Source of the DNA: Verrucomicrobiota bacterium
GTDB taxonomy: Bacteria > Verrucomicrobiota > Verrucomicrobiia > Chthoniobacterales > UBA6821
Length of the DNA: 32,000 nt
Assembly (NCBI GenBank): GCA_008932965.1
Contig: WBXG01000003.1
Span: forward strand, 1 to 32,000
Reading direction: 5' to 3'
In this document: piece by piece, positions 19,253-28,313 of the stretch
Numbering within the stretch: the first letter of the stretch is position 1
Layout: every line of letters begins with the position of its first letter
Notes under the pieces: model-generated
Told to the model about the DNA's origin: nothing
The model's database searches: none
Seen by the model: the letters and a program-made list of their open reading frames with translations, nothing else
Made by a program: the position numbers and the translations under genes

Positions 19253-20352
19253 TGAAACACTCTCCTCTCGAACCAGCACACCGTGAAGCTGGTGGACGTA
19301 TGATTGATTTTGCAGGGTGGTCCATGCCCGTTTACTACACAAGCATTAAGGAGGAGCACGAAGCAGTACGCTCCAGTGCTGGTATTTTTGATGTATCGCA
19401 CATGGGGGAAGTTTTTGTATCTGGTGAACAAGCTTCCCAGTGGCTTGAGACCCTCTTTACCAATCGTGTTGGAAAATTAGCTGTGGGACGTGGGCAGTAC
19501 ACAATAATGCTCAATCATGAGGGAGGGGTCATTGATGATCTCATTCTCTATAGAACCAAGGAAAACGAATTTTTCTTTGTGATCAATGCAGCTCGGCTTG
19601 AAGAGGATGTTACCTGGTTAAACAAAGAGCTCCCCCACGAGGGAGCACTCATTGTGGAAAACAAAAGTGAAATGCTAGCAGCCTTTGCATTGCAGGGGCC
19701 AAAGGCTGAGGAAATCCTCACCAAAGTACTTCCAGATTTCAAGCCTCTGAAACGAAATGAAATTGCTCCTATTGCTGGTTATCAATCAGCTTTGATAGCA
19801 CGTACTGGATATACTGGCGAAGATGGCTTTGAAATTTTTGTAACTAAGGAGGATGGACTCACCCTGTGGCAATCCTTTGTAGCTGCTGGAGCCAAGCCCT
19901 GTGGCCTTGGAGCACGGGATACCTTACGCCTTGAGATGGGCTACCCACTGAATGGTTCCGATCTTTCAATGGAGCGAACACCGCTTGAAGCAGGTCTTGA
20001 AAAATTTGTAGCCCTCCATGACCCCCTCAAGGGAGAGTTCATTGGTCGTGCAGTATTAAAACAGCAGTCTGCTTTAGGAGTTACCCAACGACTCACCCCT
20101 CTCCAACTATGTGAAGAGGGCCCACCTCTTCGTTCTCATTATCAGATTTATTCTGGAGAAGAGCTGCTTGGAGAAATTTCAAGCGGTGCTTTTTCTCCCT
20201 CTCTAGGAAAAGGAATTGCCATGGCTTATCTCCCAATCGAGTTCACTAAGTTAGAAACATTTTTGGAAATCGATATCCGCGGAAAGCGTTACAAAGCCGT
20301 GGTGACGACCTTACCCTTTTATAAGAAGATTTCTCCTAGCTCAAAAGTTTAG
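19252..20352 (+). CDS. gcvT: Glycine cleavage system aminomethyltransferase (T protein)
   Basis: 366-aa ORF with FAGWSMPVYYTSIKEEHEAVRSSAGIFDVSHMGE and RTGYTGEDGFEIF. The start ATG shares one base with the speA TAA stop (TAATG). Confidence 0.93.
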   Translation: MKHSPLEPAHREAGGRMIDFAGWSMPVYYTSIKEEHEAVRSSAGIFDVSHMGEVFVSGEQASQWLETLFTNRVGKLAVGRGQYTIMLNHEGGVIDDLILYRTKENEFFFVINAARLEEDVTWLNKELPHEGALIVENKSEMLAAFALQGPKAEEILTKVLPDFKPLKRNEIAPIAGYQSALIARTGYTGEDGFEIFVTKEDGLTLWQSFVAAGAKPCGLGARDTLRLEMGYPLNGSDLSMERTPLEAGLEKFVALHDPLKGEFIGRAVLKQQSALGVTQRLTPLQLCEEGPPLRSHYQIYSGEELLGEISSGAFSPSLGKGIAMAYLPIEFTKLETFLEIDIRGKRYKAVVTTLPFYKKISPSSKV

Positions 20353-20394
20353 TTCATGAAATTCCAAAGGGCATGATAGAAGCGCTTGAATACA

Positions 20395-21216
20395 CTAATG
20401 CTCTTTTTTTACTTTCAATCCCAAAAAATCTCGTACGCAAACATCAGTACGAAACGAAAAAGAGATTGGCTTTGTATCAGCCCATAAACCGGATGAGGAG
20501 CCTCCATCGAGGTTCAAGGCTCGTGTAAGGAATTTTGTTGTTAGTCCAGGAATAGGGGTAGAGCGAAGAGTAAAAAGAATTTGAGCGGCCTCAGCAAGAG
20601 TCACTGGTGAGATAACACCCATCATCCATACCCCCTGTCCATTCGTTGCTAAAAAAGTTCGGTACGCCTTTTTTGTTGATTCCAAGCCAATGACTGGATG
20701 CCCATGATCAAAAAGGAAGGGGCCTGCTTGAAGCACTTCAGTAGCATCAGGAGGAATAGGTTCTCCAGTGCGAAGCAGACTCATCCCATGAGGTGTGTTG
20801 ACAAAGAGTCCACTGAGAATACCTGCATGCTGTAATGGATGGATCATTGTTCCATGGTGCATTAGAAGTCCCAAAGGAGTCCCACTGAGCTGAAAATATC
20901 CACCGTTAACCCCAGCACTACACGAGGCCTCTCTGACTGCTTCTAAAAGCGATTTATTCTGTAATGGATAATCCATCACTAGCAGCGAAAAATCTTTCTC
21001 CTGAAAAATAAGGGCATTCATTTCTACGTCTTCCTCTACTCCATTCTTAAAAGAAAAAGAGCGTAGTACAGCAGAAGGGTTGATTGTTCCAAACTCTCGG
21101 TTGGAGAGTAGAGTCCATGTGGTTTCTGAAGTCGCTCCCAGTAAAGAACTCAAGGGAAGAAGAGCCAATAACAACCAGATGCGTAACAAAAAACCCATAG
21201 TACAAAAGAGGTTCAA
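20395..21216 (-). CDS. Secreted phosphodiester glycosidase-like protein (NAGPA/DUF2233-type)
   Basis: 273-aa ORF with signal-like LLRIWLLLALLPLSSLLGA and a C-terminal LNLDGGSSSGLW motif typical of the phosphodiester glycosidase family. Start lies 9 nt after the cobA-hemD stop. Confidence 0.6.
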   Translation of the reverse strand: MNLFCTMGFLLRIWLLLALLPLSSLLGATSETTWTLLSNREFGTINPSAVLRSFSFKNGVEEDVEMNALIFQEKDFSLLVMDYPLQNKSLLEAVREASCSAGVNGGYFQLSGTPLGLLMHHGTMIHPLQHAGILSGLFVNTPHGMSLLRTGEPIPPDATEVLQAGPFLFDHGHPVIGLESTKKAYRTFLATNGQGVWMMGVISPVTLAEAAQILFTLRSTPIPGLTTKFLTRALNLDGGSSSGLWADTKPISFSFRTDVCVRDFLGLKVKKEH

Positions 21217-21225
21217 ATAAATAAC

Positions 21226-22818
21226 TTAGATTTCAACTTTGGGAGTAAAGTATTTTGCAATCGCCTCCACAAGCCCAGGAATATCATGCTCTTCGGCCTC
21301 CACGCTCACAGGCATCTCCAGTACTTGCATCACACTTGAGGTCACCGGACCAATACTTGCCGTAGCGCAGTTAGCAGGAAATGGGAATCCTCTTTTCTTT
21401 AGGAGTTCCTGAAAATGTTCTGCTGTTGAGCCGCTAGTAAAGGTGATCATATCGACTTTCTCTTCACAAAAACGTTGAAGCCCCCCACCTTCATCATTGA
21501 GTTCGGGAAGAGTATCGTAAACAGGAACGTCATCGACAATGGCTCCAAGATCTTCAAGAGCTATTGCTAATAATTCTCGAGCTCCGCTAGCCCGAGGTAA
21601 TAGAATACGCAGATTTTCTACATTCACTTTTTTCAGCTCCTCGAGTAAGGATTCTGCCACAAATTGAGGAGGAATCAGGTCTACTGAAAAACGATACTCT
21701 TCTATTTTTTTTGCAGTTCCCGGACCAATGGCTGCAATACGCGCTGCTCCTAATGAACGAGCATCATGATGGTGGAGATAAAAGGCTTCAAAAAAAGAAG
21801 TCACTCCATTAGGGCTTGTAAAGACAATCCAATCATACTGATGGGCAGCAGTAACAGCCTCAGCAAAGGCTTCTCGTTCCTCTTTCTTTTGAATCGCTTC
21901 TATACGAATGGTAGGAAGTTCAAAGGCATCAGCACCGAGCTCGCGTAAGAGCTTAACCAATTCACTAGCTTTATCGCGAGTACGAGTGACAGCAATACAA
22001 CGTCCAAAAAGGGGACGTGTCTCAAACCAGTTCAGTTTTTTTCGAAGAGAAACAACCTCCCCAAAAACAGCAATGCAGGGAGCTGAAAATTGCTTTTCCT
22101 GAGCAATAGAAGCAATTGTTTCAAGCGTTCCGGTAATGGTCTTGTGACGGCCTGTTGTAGCCCATCGGACAAGGGCTACAGGAGTTGTTGATTCCATTCC
22201 TGCAGCAATCAAGGAATGCGTAATCGAACTCAATCGTTCAACACCCATGAGCATGACTTTGGTTCCAGGAGCTGTCGCTAGGGAGTGATAATTTAAGGAT
22301 GAGGCCTCTTTGGAGGGATCTTCATGACCAGTAAAAATCGTGAGTTGAGAATTATTACTGCGATGGGTAACCGGAATGCCAGCATAAGCAAGTCCCCCAA
22401 TGGCAGAGGTAACCCCAGGGACAATTTCAAAACGTAGAGAGGCATGTGCTAAGGCTTCAGCCTCCTCTCCACCACGACCAAAGAGAAAAGGATCTCCTCC
22501 CTTAAGACGTACAACTCGGTGACCTTCTTGTGTCTTTTTCACAAGCAACTCATTAATTTCTTGCTGAGGTAGAGCATGTTTTTTTGCACTCTTGCCAACG
22601 TAGATTTTTTCTGCGTTGGGAGGAACATGACGAAGAAGCTCTTTGTTACAAAGATAGTCATAAAGAACAACCTCAGCACGCGAGAGACATTCTTTTCCAC
22701 GAAGAGTGAGGAGCCCAGGATCACCAGGACCTGCCCCCACTAGATAACAAATACCATCATGCTTTTGGGGAGGTTTTATTTTTCTTTTGGAGTTAGGAGA
22801 AGTTGATTTTTGATTCAT
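21226..22818 (-). CDS. cobA-hemD: Bifunctional uroporphyrinogen-III C-methyltransferase / uroporphyrinogen-III synthase fusion
   Basis: 530-aa ORF. The N-terminal half is SUMT-like (YLVGAGPGDPGLLTLRG, RLKGGDPFLFGRGGEE, VPGVTS). The C-terminal ~250 aa is HemD-like (two repeated flavodoxin-like halves, FTSPNGV / FTSGSTA). Confidence 0.85.
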   Translation of the reverse strand: MNQKSTSPNSKRKIKPPQKHDGICYLVGAGPGDPGLLTLRGKECLSRAEVVLYDYLCNKELLRHVPPNAEKIYVGKSAKKHALPQQEINELLVKKTQEGHRVVRLKGGDPFLFGRGGEEAEALAHASLRFEIVPGVTSAIGGLAYAGIPVTHRSNNSQLTIFTGHEDPSKEASSLNYHSLATAPGTKVMLMGVERLSSITHSLIAAGMESTTPVALVRWATTGRHKTITGTLETIASIAQEKQFSAPCIAVFGEVVSLRKKLNWFETRPLFGRCIAVTRTRDKASELVKLLRELGADAFELPTIRIEAIQKKEEREAFAEAVTAAHQYDWIVFTSPNGVTSFFEAFYLHHHDARSLGAARIAAIGPGTAKKIEEYRFSVDLIPPQFVAESLLEELKKVNVENLRILLPRASGARELLAIALEDLGAIVDDVPVYDTLPELNDEGGGLQRFCEEKVDMITFTSGSTAEHFQELLKKRGFPFPANCATASIGPVTSSVMQVLEMPVSVEAEEHDIPGLVEAIAKYFTPKVEI

Positions 22819-23798
22819 AGAGTATTAGAGCCCTGGAAAGCTATTTTATCACCGAGCTGTAGTGCCACAAGGAGAGCCACCTCTTCTGGAGTCTTGCCAG
22901 TGGCCTCTCCTTTGCGAGCTGGAGCTCCTGCGGATGAGAAATAGATTCCTTTAAGATGAAGGTGATCTGATGTTGAATCAAGCGTTGCTAAAGCCCCCAG
23001 AGCCATATGACACCCCCCTCCTAAGTAATGAAGTAATAGACGTTCTGCAGTAACACAACGATCCGTCTTTTCATCATGGAGTGCAGCTGCATAGGCCGCA
23101 GCAGAGGAGGAACTCTCTTCAGCACGTGTCTCAATAGCGATGGCCCCCTGTCCTGGAGCAGGGAGCATCATCCCAAGCTCAGCAACAAAAAGTCTGGTCT
23201 GATCAAAAATAAAATCTCCCTGACCCTCACTTATTTTTAAATCATATCCAAGCCGCTCCAGCCCTGCGCGGGCAAGCACCAAGCCGTCGAGAGGATAGTG
23301 AGATTGATTCATAGCAAGTTTGCGCAATCGTGTTGGAACATTACCTCGTAGTGTCATAAAAGAAAGATCAGTGCGTTGGTTTTTTAAAATTTCAGTACGA
23401 CGAGGGCTGCTTGTTCCAAGAACCCCGTTCAAGGGTAATGCTGCAAGCCCGCCCGGCCGGAGTGTTATGAGTAAATCACTACTGCTAGCCCGTGGAAGAA
23501 TCGCAGCAAGTTTGAGTCCAGAAGGGATGATCACAGGAAGATCTTTGAGGCTATGGACTGCATAATCGATTTCATGCAAAAGCAATGCCTCTTCTAGCTG
23601 ACGAGTAAAAAGGCCGCTCGATTCGGATGTCGGTTGATGAATAGCCATTTTAGGATGGGCATCCCCTACTGTGGTAATGATTTTTTGTTCTAACTGGAGA
23701 TTGGGATGCACCCCTTGCAACAGAGTGGAAAAAAGCATTGTCTGAGCCCGTGCCAGAGCACTTCCACGAGTTCCAATATAAAAAGATGTGGGTACCAT
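22815..23798 (-). CDS. hemC: Porphobilinogen deaminase (hydroxymethylbilane synthase)
   Basis: 327-aa ORF with IGTRGSALARAQ, LRGNVPTRLRKL and LGGGCHMALGA (cofactor Cys). There is a 4-nt ATGA overlap with cobA-hemD. Confidence 0.93.
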   Translation of the reverse strand: MVPTSFYIGTRGSALARAQTMLFSTLLQGVHPNLQLEQKIITTVGDAHPKMAIHQPTSESSGLFTRQLEEALLLHEIDYAVHSLKDLPVIIPSGLKLAAILPRASSSDLLITLRPGGLAALPLNGVLGTSSPRRTEILKNQRTDLSFMTLRGNVPTRLRKLAMNQSHYPLDGLVLARAGLERLGYDLKISEGQGDFIFDQTRLFVAELGMMLPAPGQGAIAIETRAEESSSSAAAYAAALHDEKTDRCVTAERLLLHYLGGGCHMALGALATLDSTSDHLHLKGIYFSSAGAPARKGEATGKTPEEVALLVALQLGDKIAFQGSNTL

Positions 23799-23816
23799 GA
23801 TAAAAAAATTCTTTTT

Positions 23817-24842
23817 TTAGTGAGCTTGCTGAAAGAGTGTTTTATTTTTCATACAACGAAGAAATTCTCTCACATTTTCCTCAATGAGTGATTCACAACG
23901 GACCACTTCTTGGCGGCGAACCTCGATCGATTCAGAAGCAATTTTTTGAAGACTATCGATATCATAGAGAAAGACTCCCTCCATCTTGTTAATCGATGGC
24001 TCCGCATCTCGTGGCACTGCTAAGTCGATGATAAAGAGGGGGCGTCCTTGACGTTGTTTTAAAAGTGGCTTGAGTTTCTCAACAGTGAGAATGGCATGAG
24101 GTGCTCCAGTCGCGCTAATAATGATATCCACATCGAGTATATTTTTATCCCAATGATCAAAGTGAAGGGCCATACCTCCCATTTCAGCGGCTAAGGCAAC
24201 CGCTTTATCGTAATGACGATTAGAGACGATAAGGCTCCTCACTCCCCGAGATTGAAGACTACGTGCCGTTCGTTCGCTAATCTCTCCTGCTCCTAAAATC
24301 ATCACACGACACTGTTCTAATTTTCCAAAGATTTTCTCTGCAAGCTGGACGGCAACCGATCCAACTGAAGAGGCTCCACGAGTAATGTTTGTTTCTGTAC
24401 GCACATGTTTTGTAACACGAAAGGTATGTTGAAAAAGACGATGTAGCGTATGGGTGGTCATATCTCTTTTGGCAGAGAATGAGTAGGCATTTTTCACTTG
24501 TCCAAAAATCTCTGTCTCTCCAATAACCATGGAATCAAGACCGCTAGCAACCCTGAAGAGGTGTCGAACGGCATCTGGAGTTGAGTAATGATAAAGAGGA
24601 ATATCCATTCCTGTTTGTTCCTGAAGAATAGAACGACACCCACCTAGTGCCTGAAGGGGGCACAAGGTTGAAGCATAAAACTCAACTCGATTACACGTTG
24701 AGAGAACGACAGCTCCAAAAACACCCTCAATAGAGTGGATTTGACGTAGTAATTTTTCCATCTCATCATCACTCACAGCCAAGCGTTCTCTTATTTCAAG
24801 AGAAGTCGTTTTATAATTGAGACCTGCACAGAAGATATTCAT
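23817..24842 (-). CDS. hemA: Glutamyl-tRNA reductase (short form, 341 aa)
   Basis: Contains LSTCNRVEFY (catalytic Cys), NADPH-binding VMILGAGEISE and IIDLAVPRD. The protein ends soon after the start of the spinal helix. Confidence 0.9.
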   Translation of the reverse strand: MNIFCAGLNYKTTSLEIRERLAVSDDEMEKLLRQIHSIEGVFGAVVLSTCNRVEFYASTLCPLQALGGCRSILQEQTGMDIPLYHYSTPDAVRHLFRVASGLDSMVIGETEIFGQVKNAYSFSAKRDMTTHTLHRLFQHTFRVTKHVRTETNITRGASSVGSVAVQLAEKIFGKLEQCRVMILGAGEISERTARSLQSRGVRSLIVSNRHYDKAVALAAEMGGMALHFDHWDKNILDVDIIISATGAPHAILTVEKLKPLLKQRQGRPLFIIDLAVPRDAEPSINKMEGVFLYDIDSLQKIASESIEVRRQEVVRCESLIEENVREFLRCMKNKTLFQQAH

Positions 24843-25627
24843 CTAACGGCAAGATCAGAGAGATAGCGGATGAGTGGGAGAATCATGAGTGCACAAAAGA
24901 AAATAAAAATTGCGAAGAAAGCAAAACGATGTCCGGATAATCGATTTTTTTGATTTAAAATAAGAATGAGTGAGTAGGCTCCCCAAAGAAGAAGAGAGAC
25001 CCCAAATTTCGTTCCTGAAATGGAGCGGGAACCTATCCATCCTGCTGCAAAACTCACTGTAAGCAAAATCAATCCCATCCAAAGCAACCGAATAGTCGCC
25101 TCTTCTAAAATACGTATTGGGGGAAGATGATGAAAAATAGGATCGGGATGTTGTGACTTAAGTTGTCTCTCTTGGAAAAGAAACATTATTCCTGAAATAG
25201 AACCTAATCCAAAGGCTCCAAAGGCTACGAGCGACACAGCAGCATGCGCTTCAATCCACGGATTCATGGGCATCATGGAGGTTATCTTTTCGGCAGGCAA
25301 AAGAAGTGCCATCGATTGAAGTCCAAGAATAAGCGGTGCCGTGAAAGTGCCCATGAGCGAAATACGATAGGTGGTTCCAATCACGAGATAAAAAACACCA
25401 ATAGCCCAACTCAAAAAAATGATAATCTCAGGAAGCGTTCGAATCGGACATGCCTGATCAATTTTTCCCTGTTGTATTAAAAAACAACTTTGAGCAATGA
25501 CCCCAAGGGCGATAGTGATCACGTTAAAACGCCCTGCACGAAATTCACCGGAGCGAAAACTAACAACTGCTGAACAACAACTTAAAAAATAGAATAAAGT
25601 CGATGCTAACAGGGGGAGATGATTCAT
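24839..25627 (-). CDS. HemX/CcsA-like cytochrome c assembly family integral membrane protein
   Basis: 262-aa polytopic ORF. The central HAAVSLVAFGAFG...FLFQERQLKSQHP...LPPIRILEE...GLILLTVSFAAGW resembles YpjD/HemX-type proteins. There is a 4-nt overlap with hemA, as in hemA-hemX operons. Confidence 0.7.
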   Translation of the reverse strand: MNHLPLLASTLFYFLSCCSAVVSFRSGEFRAGRFNVITIALGVIAQSCFLIQQGKIDQACPIRTLPEIIIFLSWAIGVFYLVIGTTYRISLMGTFTAPLILGLQSMALLLPAEKITSMMPMNPWIEAHAAVSLVAFGAFGLGSISGIMFLFQERQLKSQHPDPIFHHLPPIRILEEATIRLLWMGLILLTVSFAAGWIGSRSISGTKFGVSLLLWGAYSLILILNQKNRLSGHRFAFFAIFIFFCALMILPLIRYLSDLAVR

Positions 25628-25693
25628 AGGTTCAGTATTTTATCGCAGAAGTGATATTGACTCAAATGCAAACTCCTAGAAGAAGCAAATAAG

Positions 25694-25950
25694 GGGTTAA
25701 CCCGCATATTTCATACTGGTTCGTCGTGAGGCGCCGCGAATCCAGATGCAGACACCACCGGCGGTCGGGAGACTGCGGTGGAGACTGCCCTGAAAGGGCG
25801 AGACGAGCGGGAGCAAGCGAGTCAACGAAGGTGATGGATTGCGACGACGGCTGTATGTCTCATACTGCCCGAGGAGCAATTCGAAGCTGACGCAGTATCC
25901 ATCAGGTTTTCGCAAGCCGCAGCAGAATCGGTATGAAATAGGCGGGTTAA
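25694..25950 (-). repeat. Full-length copy B of the dispersed element, inverted relative to copy A, with 76 nt of GC-rich sequence where copy A has 5 nt
   Basis: Positions 25697-25754 match the reverse complement of copy A with 3 mismatches in 58 nt. Positions 25831-25950 match with 3 mismatches in 120 nt. Positions 25755-25830 (76 nt) replace 5 nt of copy A. The same TIRs are at both ends. Confidence 0.85.
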
Positions 25951-25982
25951 CTCTTTTTGATCGTTTGATGAGAACGCTTCTA

Positions 25983-27344
25983 TTAGGGATCTGGAACAAC
26001 CTTTCTTGCTTTTTCAGATGCACGTATGACATCACGGTAGTAAAAAGCAGAAGATTTTAATTTTCTTTGGAAAGTTTTTTCATCCATTGTTGCCAATCCG
26101 AATTTGGGAACATATCCGTAGTGCCACTCATAGTTATCCGCTAGTGACCAAATGAAGTACCCTTTGACATCGTATCCTTCTTCACGTGTTTTTTGAAGCT
26201 GTGCAATGTGGTCATGAAGATATTCAATCCTCTTTTGCTCATTTAAAGTGGCTATTCCATTTTCTGTAATCATCATCGGTTTATCATAGCGCTTTCCAAT
26301 TTGACGAATCAGTTTCCCAAGAGCTGGTGGATCAATATGCCATCCCATCATGGTAAAATGAGTTCCACGATGACTTCCTTGAGTTAACATGCTCAGAGGA
26401 CCGGCTATCTGACTGTAATAATAATTAAATCCAATGATATCACAGACGTCGTAGATTTTATCAAGATGATCAAACGCATTGTGCTCAACCGTGTTGTATA
26501 TCATCCCACCAGGATCAAGTGGACCATGATACCAGTAAGGAATAGCCTCTATGCTTACAATTTTCGCATCTGGTTGGATTTCTTTAATACGAGCAGCAGC
26601 ATCACGGAAAAAGTCAGCACTAACAGCAATGGCTTGTTTATAACCTTGAAAATCTAAAGTGTGATTGGGGGGCCATAAGCCCACGATGTAAGCAGTTAAA
26701 ATTTGACCATTGGGTTCATTTTGAGGCGCGTAATAAGTGGCATAGGGAGCCATCTCCTGGACCATTCTAGAAACATAGCGATTCCAATGTGAGCGTGCTA
26801 AAGGATTCAACCAATTTGTATTTGCACCATTTTTTTTGTCCACCAACCAAGAAGGAAACGTAAAATGCCAGAGACAGACGTAGGGCTCAATCCCAGCTTC
26901 CTTGAGCTTCCGTACCATCGCAACATAGCGATGAATTGCTTCCTCGTTGTACTCCCCCGGACGAGGTTCAACACGGGCCCATTCAATACTAAAACGATAG
27001 GAATTAACCCCAATTTTTTTGAGTGCTTTAAGATCCTTATCAAAATGAGACCAGCTGTAGAGTGCGTTACCAACAGGAGGAGCTTTCTTATCTTGAACCA
27101 AAATATCCCAATCACGCTCAAAATATTCTTTTGTTCCCGATTTTTTAGAACGATCCTCATACTGCAAACTACTCGTTGAGATCCCCCAGGCAAAAGGGTG
27201 ATAGCCACTATTTTTTGCAGCTTGATGCCTTGGTGCTTTATCAAGAGGTCCTAAAGGGTGCAATGCACAACCGGTAAGAAAAAATAAAATCACTAATACT
27301 GAAAAAAAATAACATCGCATCGGTTTGGTTTTTAGAAATGTCAT
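25983..27344 (-). CDS. Glycoside hydrolase family 1 (beta-glucosidase-like) lipoprotein, paralogue 1
   Basis: FAWGISTSSLQYED, YRFSIEWARVEP, acid/base PQNEPNG, nucleophile MITENGIAT and WSLADNYEW. Lipobox-like FLTGC. The track start 27380 overlaps the upstream gene, so I prefer ATG 27344 (MTFLKTKPMRCYFF...) or 27320 (MRCYFF...). Confidence 0.85.
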   Translation of the reverse strand: MTFLKTKPMRCYFFSVLVILFFLTGCALHPLGPLDKAPRHQAAKNSGYHPFAWGISTSSLQYEDRSKKSGTKEYFERDWDILVQDKKAPPVGNALYSWSHFDKDLKALKKIGVNSYRFSIEWARVEPRPGEYNEEAIHRYVAMVRKLKEAGIEPYVCLWHFTFPSWLVDKKNGANTNWLNPLARSHWNRYVSRMVQEMAPYATYYAPQNEPNGQILTAYIVGLWPPNHTLDFQGYKQAIAVSADFFRDAAARIKEIQPDAKIVSIEAIPYWYHGPLDPGGMIYNTVEHNAFDHLDKIYDVCDIIGFNYYYSQIAGPLSMLTQGSHRGTHFTMMGWHIDPPALGKLIRQIGKRYDKPMMITENGIATLNEQKRIEYLHDHIAQLQKTREEGYDVKGYFIWSLADNYEWHYGYVPKFGLATMDEKTFQRKLKSSAFYYRDVIRASEKARKVVPDP

Positions 27345-27351
27345 CTCTGTT

Positions 27352-28245
27352 TTAGTTGGAAGAGGAGATGTAGGGAACAACCTTTAATTGATTCGCTCCA
27401 TCACGGTAAAAACCGTAAAATCCTGGAAGCTTACCAAACCAATCCATCATAGATGTCTGAAGGAAATCATGATGCTGTAGCTCCCTGTTTTTTTTCAATA
27501 CTCCATTTTTATTTCGAATTTGATCAAAAGGTAATGTGAGTTTTTGATATTCGGCATCATTCAAACGAGCCTTGGCAAGCCGCTCTGGATCATAAATGGA
27601 AATCCACCATGCCCCGAATGAGTCAGATTCGGTAGGCGGCTTAATTTTAAAAATAAATTTTCCTGCACGTTTCTCTTCCCCCTTGAGGTTAAGACTATAA
27701 AAGGTAGCAAGTGCTGAACGTGAAGAAATATAACCTGCCAAAAATTCTCGTGCGAGTTCTTGAAACTTTTCTAGCCGCTCTCCCCGTGCATAGCTACCAA
27801 GCTCAACGCAGGCAGGATCCTTAGGATTTCCATAAACATTCATCTCTCCATGATTGTTCACTTGAAAGGAGAGATAAGGGACATTTTTTAAATACCCTTC
27901 ATCGATCCTGGTAGCCGGTATCTGAAAAAAAGATTTTACCATATCATTACACCTTAGGTCTTGAACCATCATTCGCCAAGGAGGAGCCTTATCTGGGTCC
28001 ACAAGATCAGCAAAGTAGACCATGCTTTTATCAGCATCATTGATACGTTGCACGGAGGCTTTATTAATAATTCGTTCTCCTAAGGACTGCTGGAGGATAA
28101 TTTCTTTGGCATTACTTTTAATGATTAATCCTTCATAGCGTGTCCCATCTTTCATAATCACTAAATCAGGTAAAAGGCGGTCTAATCCATAAGAAATTCC
28201 AAAACAGGTATTCAAAAAGAGTAGTAATAAAATTATTTGCTTCAT
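27352..28245 (-). CDS. Secreted hypothetical protein, no recognisable domain
   Basis: 297-aa ORF with signal peptide MKQIILLLLFLNTCFGISYG. Its stop lies 7 nt before the preferred start of GH1 paralogue 1, which implies co-transcription. Confidence 0.6.
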   Translation of the reverse strand: MKQIILLLLFLNTCFGISYGLDRLLPDLVIMKDGTRYEGLIIKSNAKEIILQQSLGERIINKASVQRINDADKSMVYFADLVDPDKAPPWRMMVQDLRCNDMVKSFFQIPATRIDEGYLKNVPYLSFQVNNHGEMNVYGNPKDPACVELGSYARGERLEKFQELAREFLAGYISSRSALATFYSLNLKGEEKRAGKFIFKIKPPTESDSFGAWWISIYDPERLAKARLNDAEYQKLTLPFDQIRNKNGVLKKNRELQHHDFLQTSMMDWFGKLPGFYGFYRDGANQLKVVPYISSSN

Positions 28246-28313
28246 ATGTGATGACTTCCTTAGTTACTAGTAGTTGACTTTCATATCAAGCATCCATCTT
28301 CACTACGAGACCA

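Noticed and set aside
25697-26060. Track ORFs 25697..26035 (112 aa, minus) and 25839..26060 (73 aa, plus) across repeat copy B
   Set aside because: Same reason as for copy A. The shared peptide strings (PDGYCVSFELLLG.YETYSRRRNPS, GASRR.SMKYAG) simply mirror nucleotide identity of the repeat. The 112-aa ORF also overlaps the 3' end of the GH1 gene.
27345-27380. Longest-ORF start of GH1 paralogue 1 at 27380, overlapping the upstream gene by 29 nt
   Set aside because: The extra 12 residues (MFPTSPLPTKTE) precede a much better signal-peptide start (MTFLKTKPMRCYFFSVLVILFFLTGC). I chose 27344, though 27320 remains possible.
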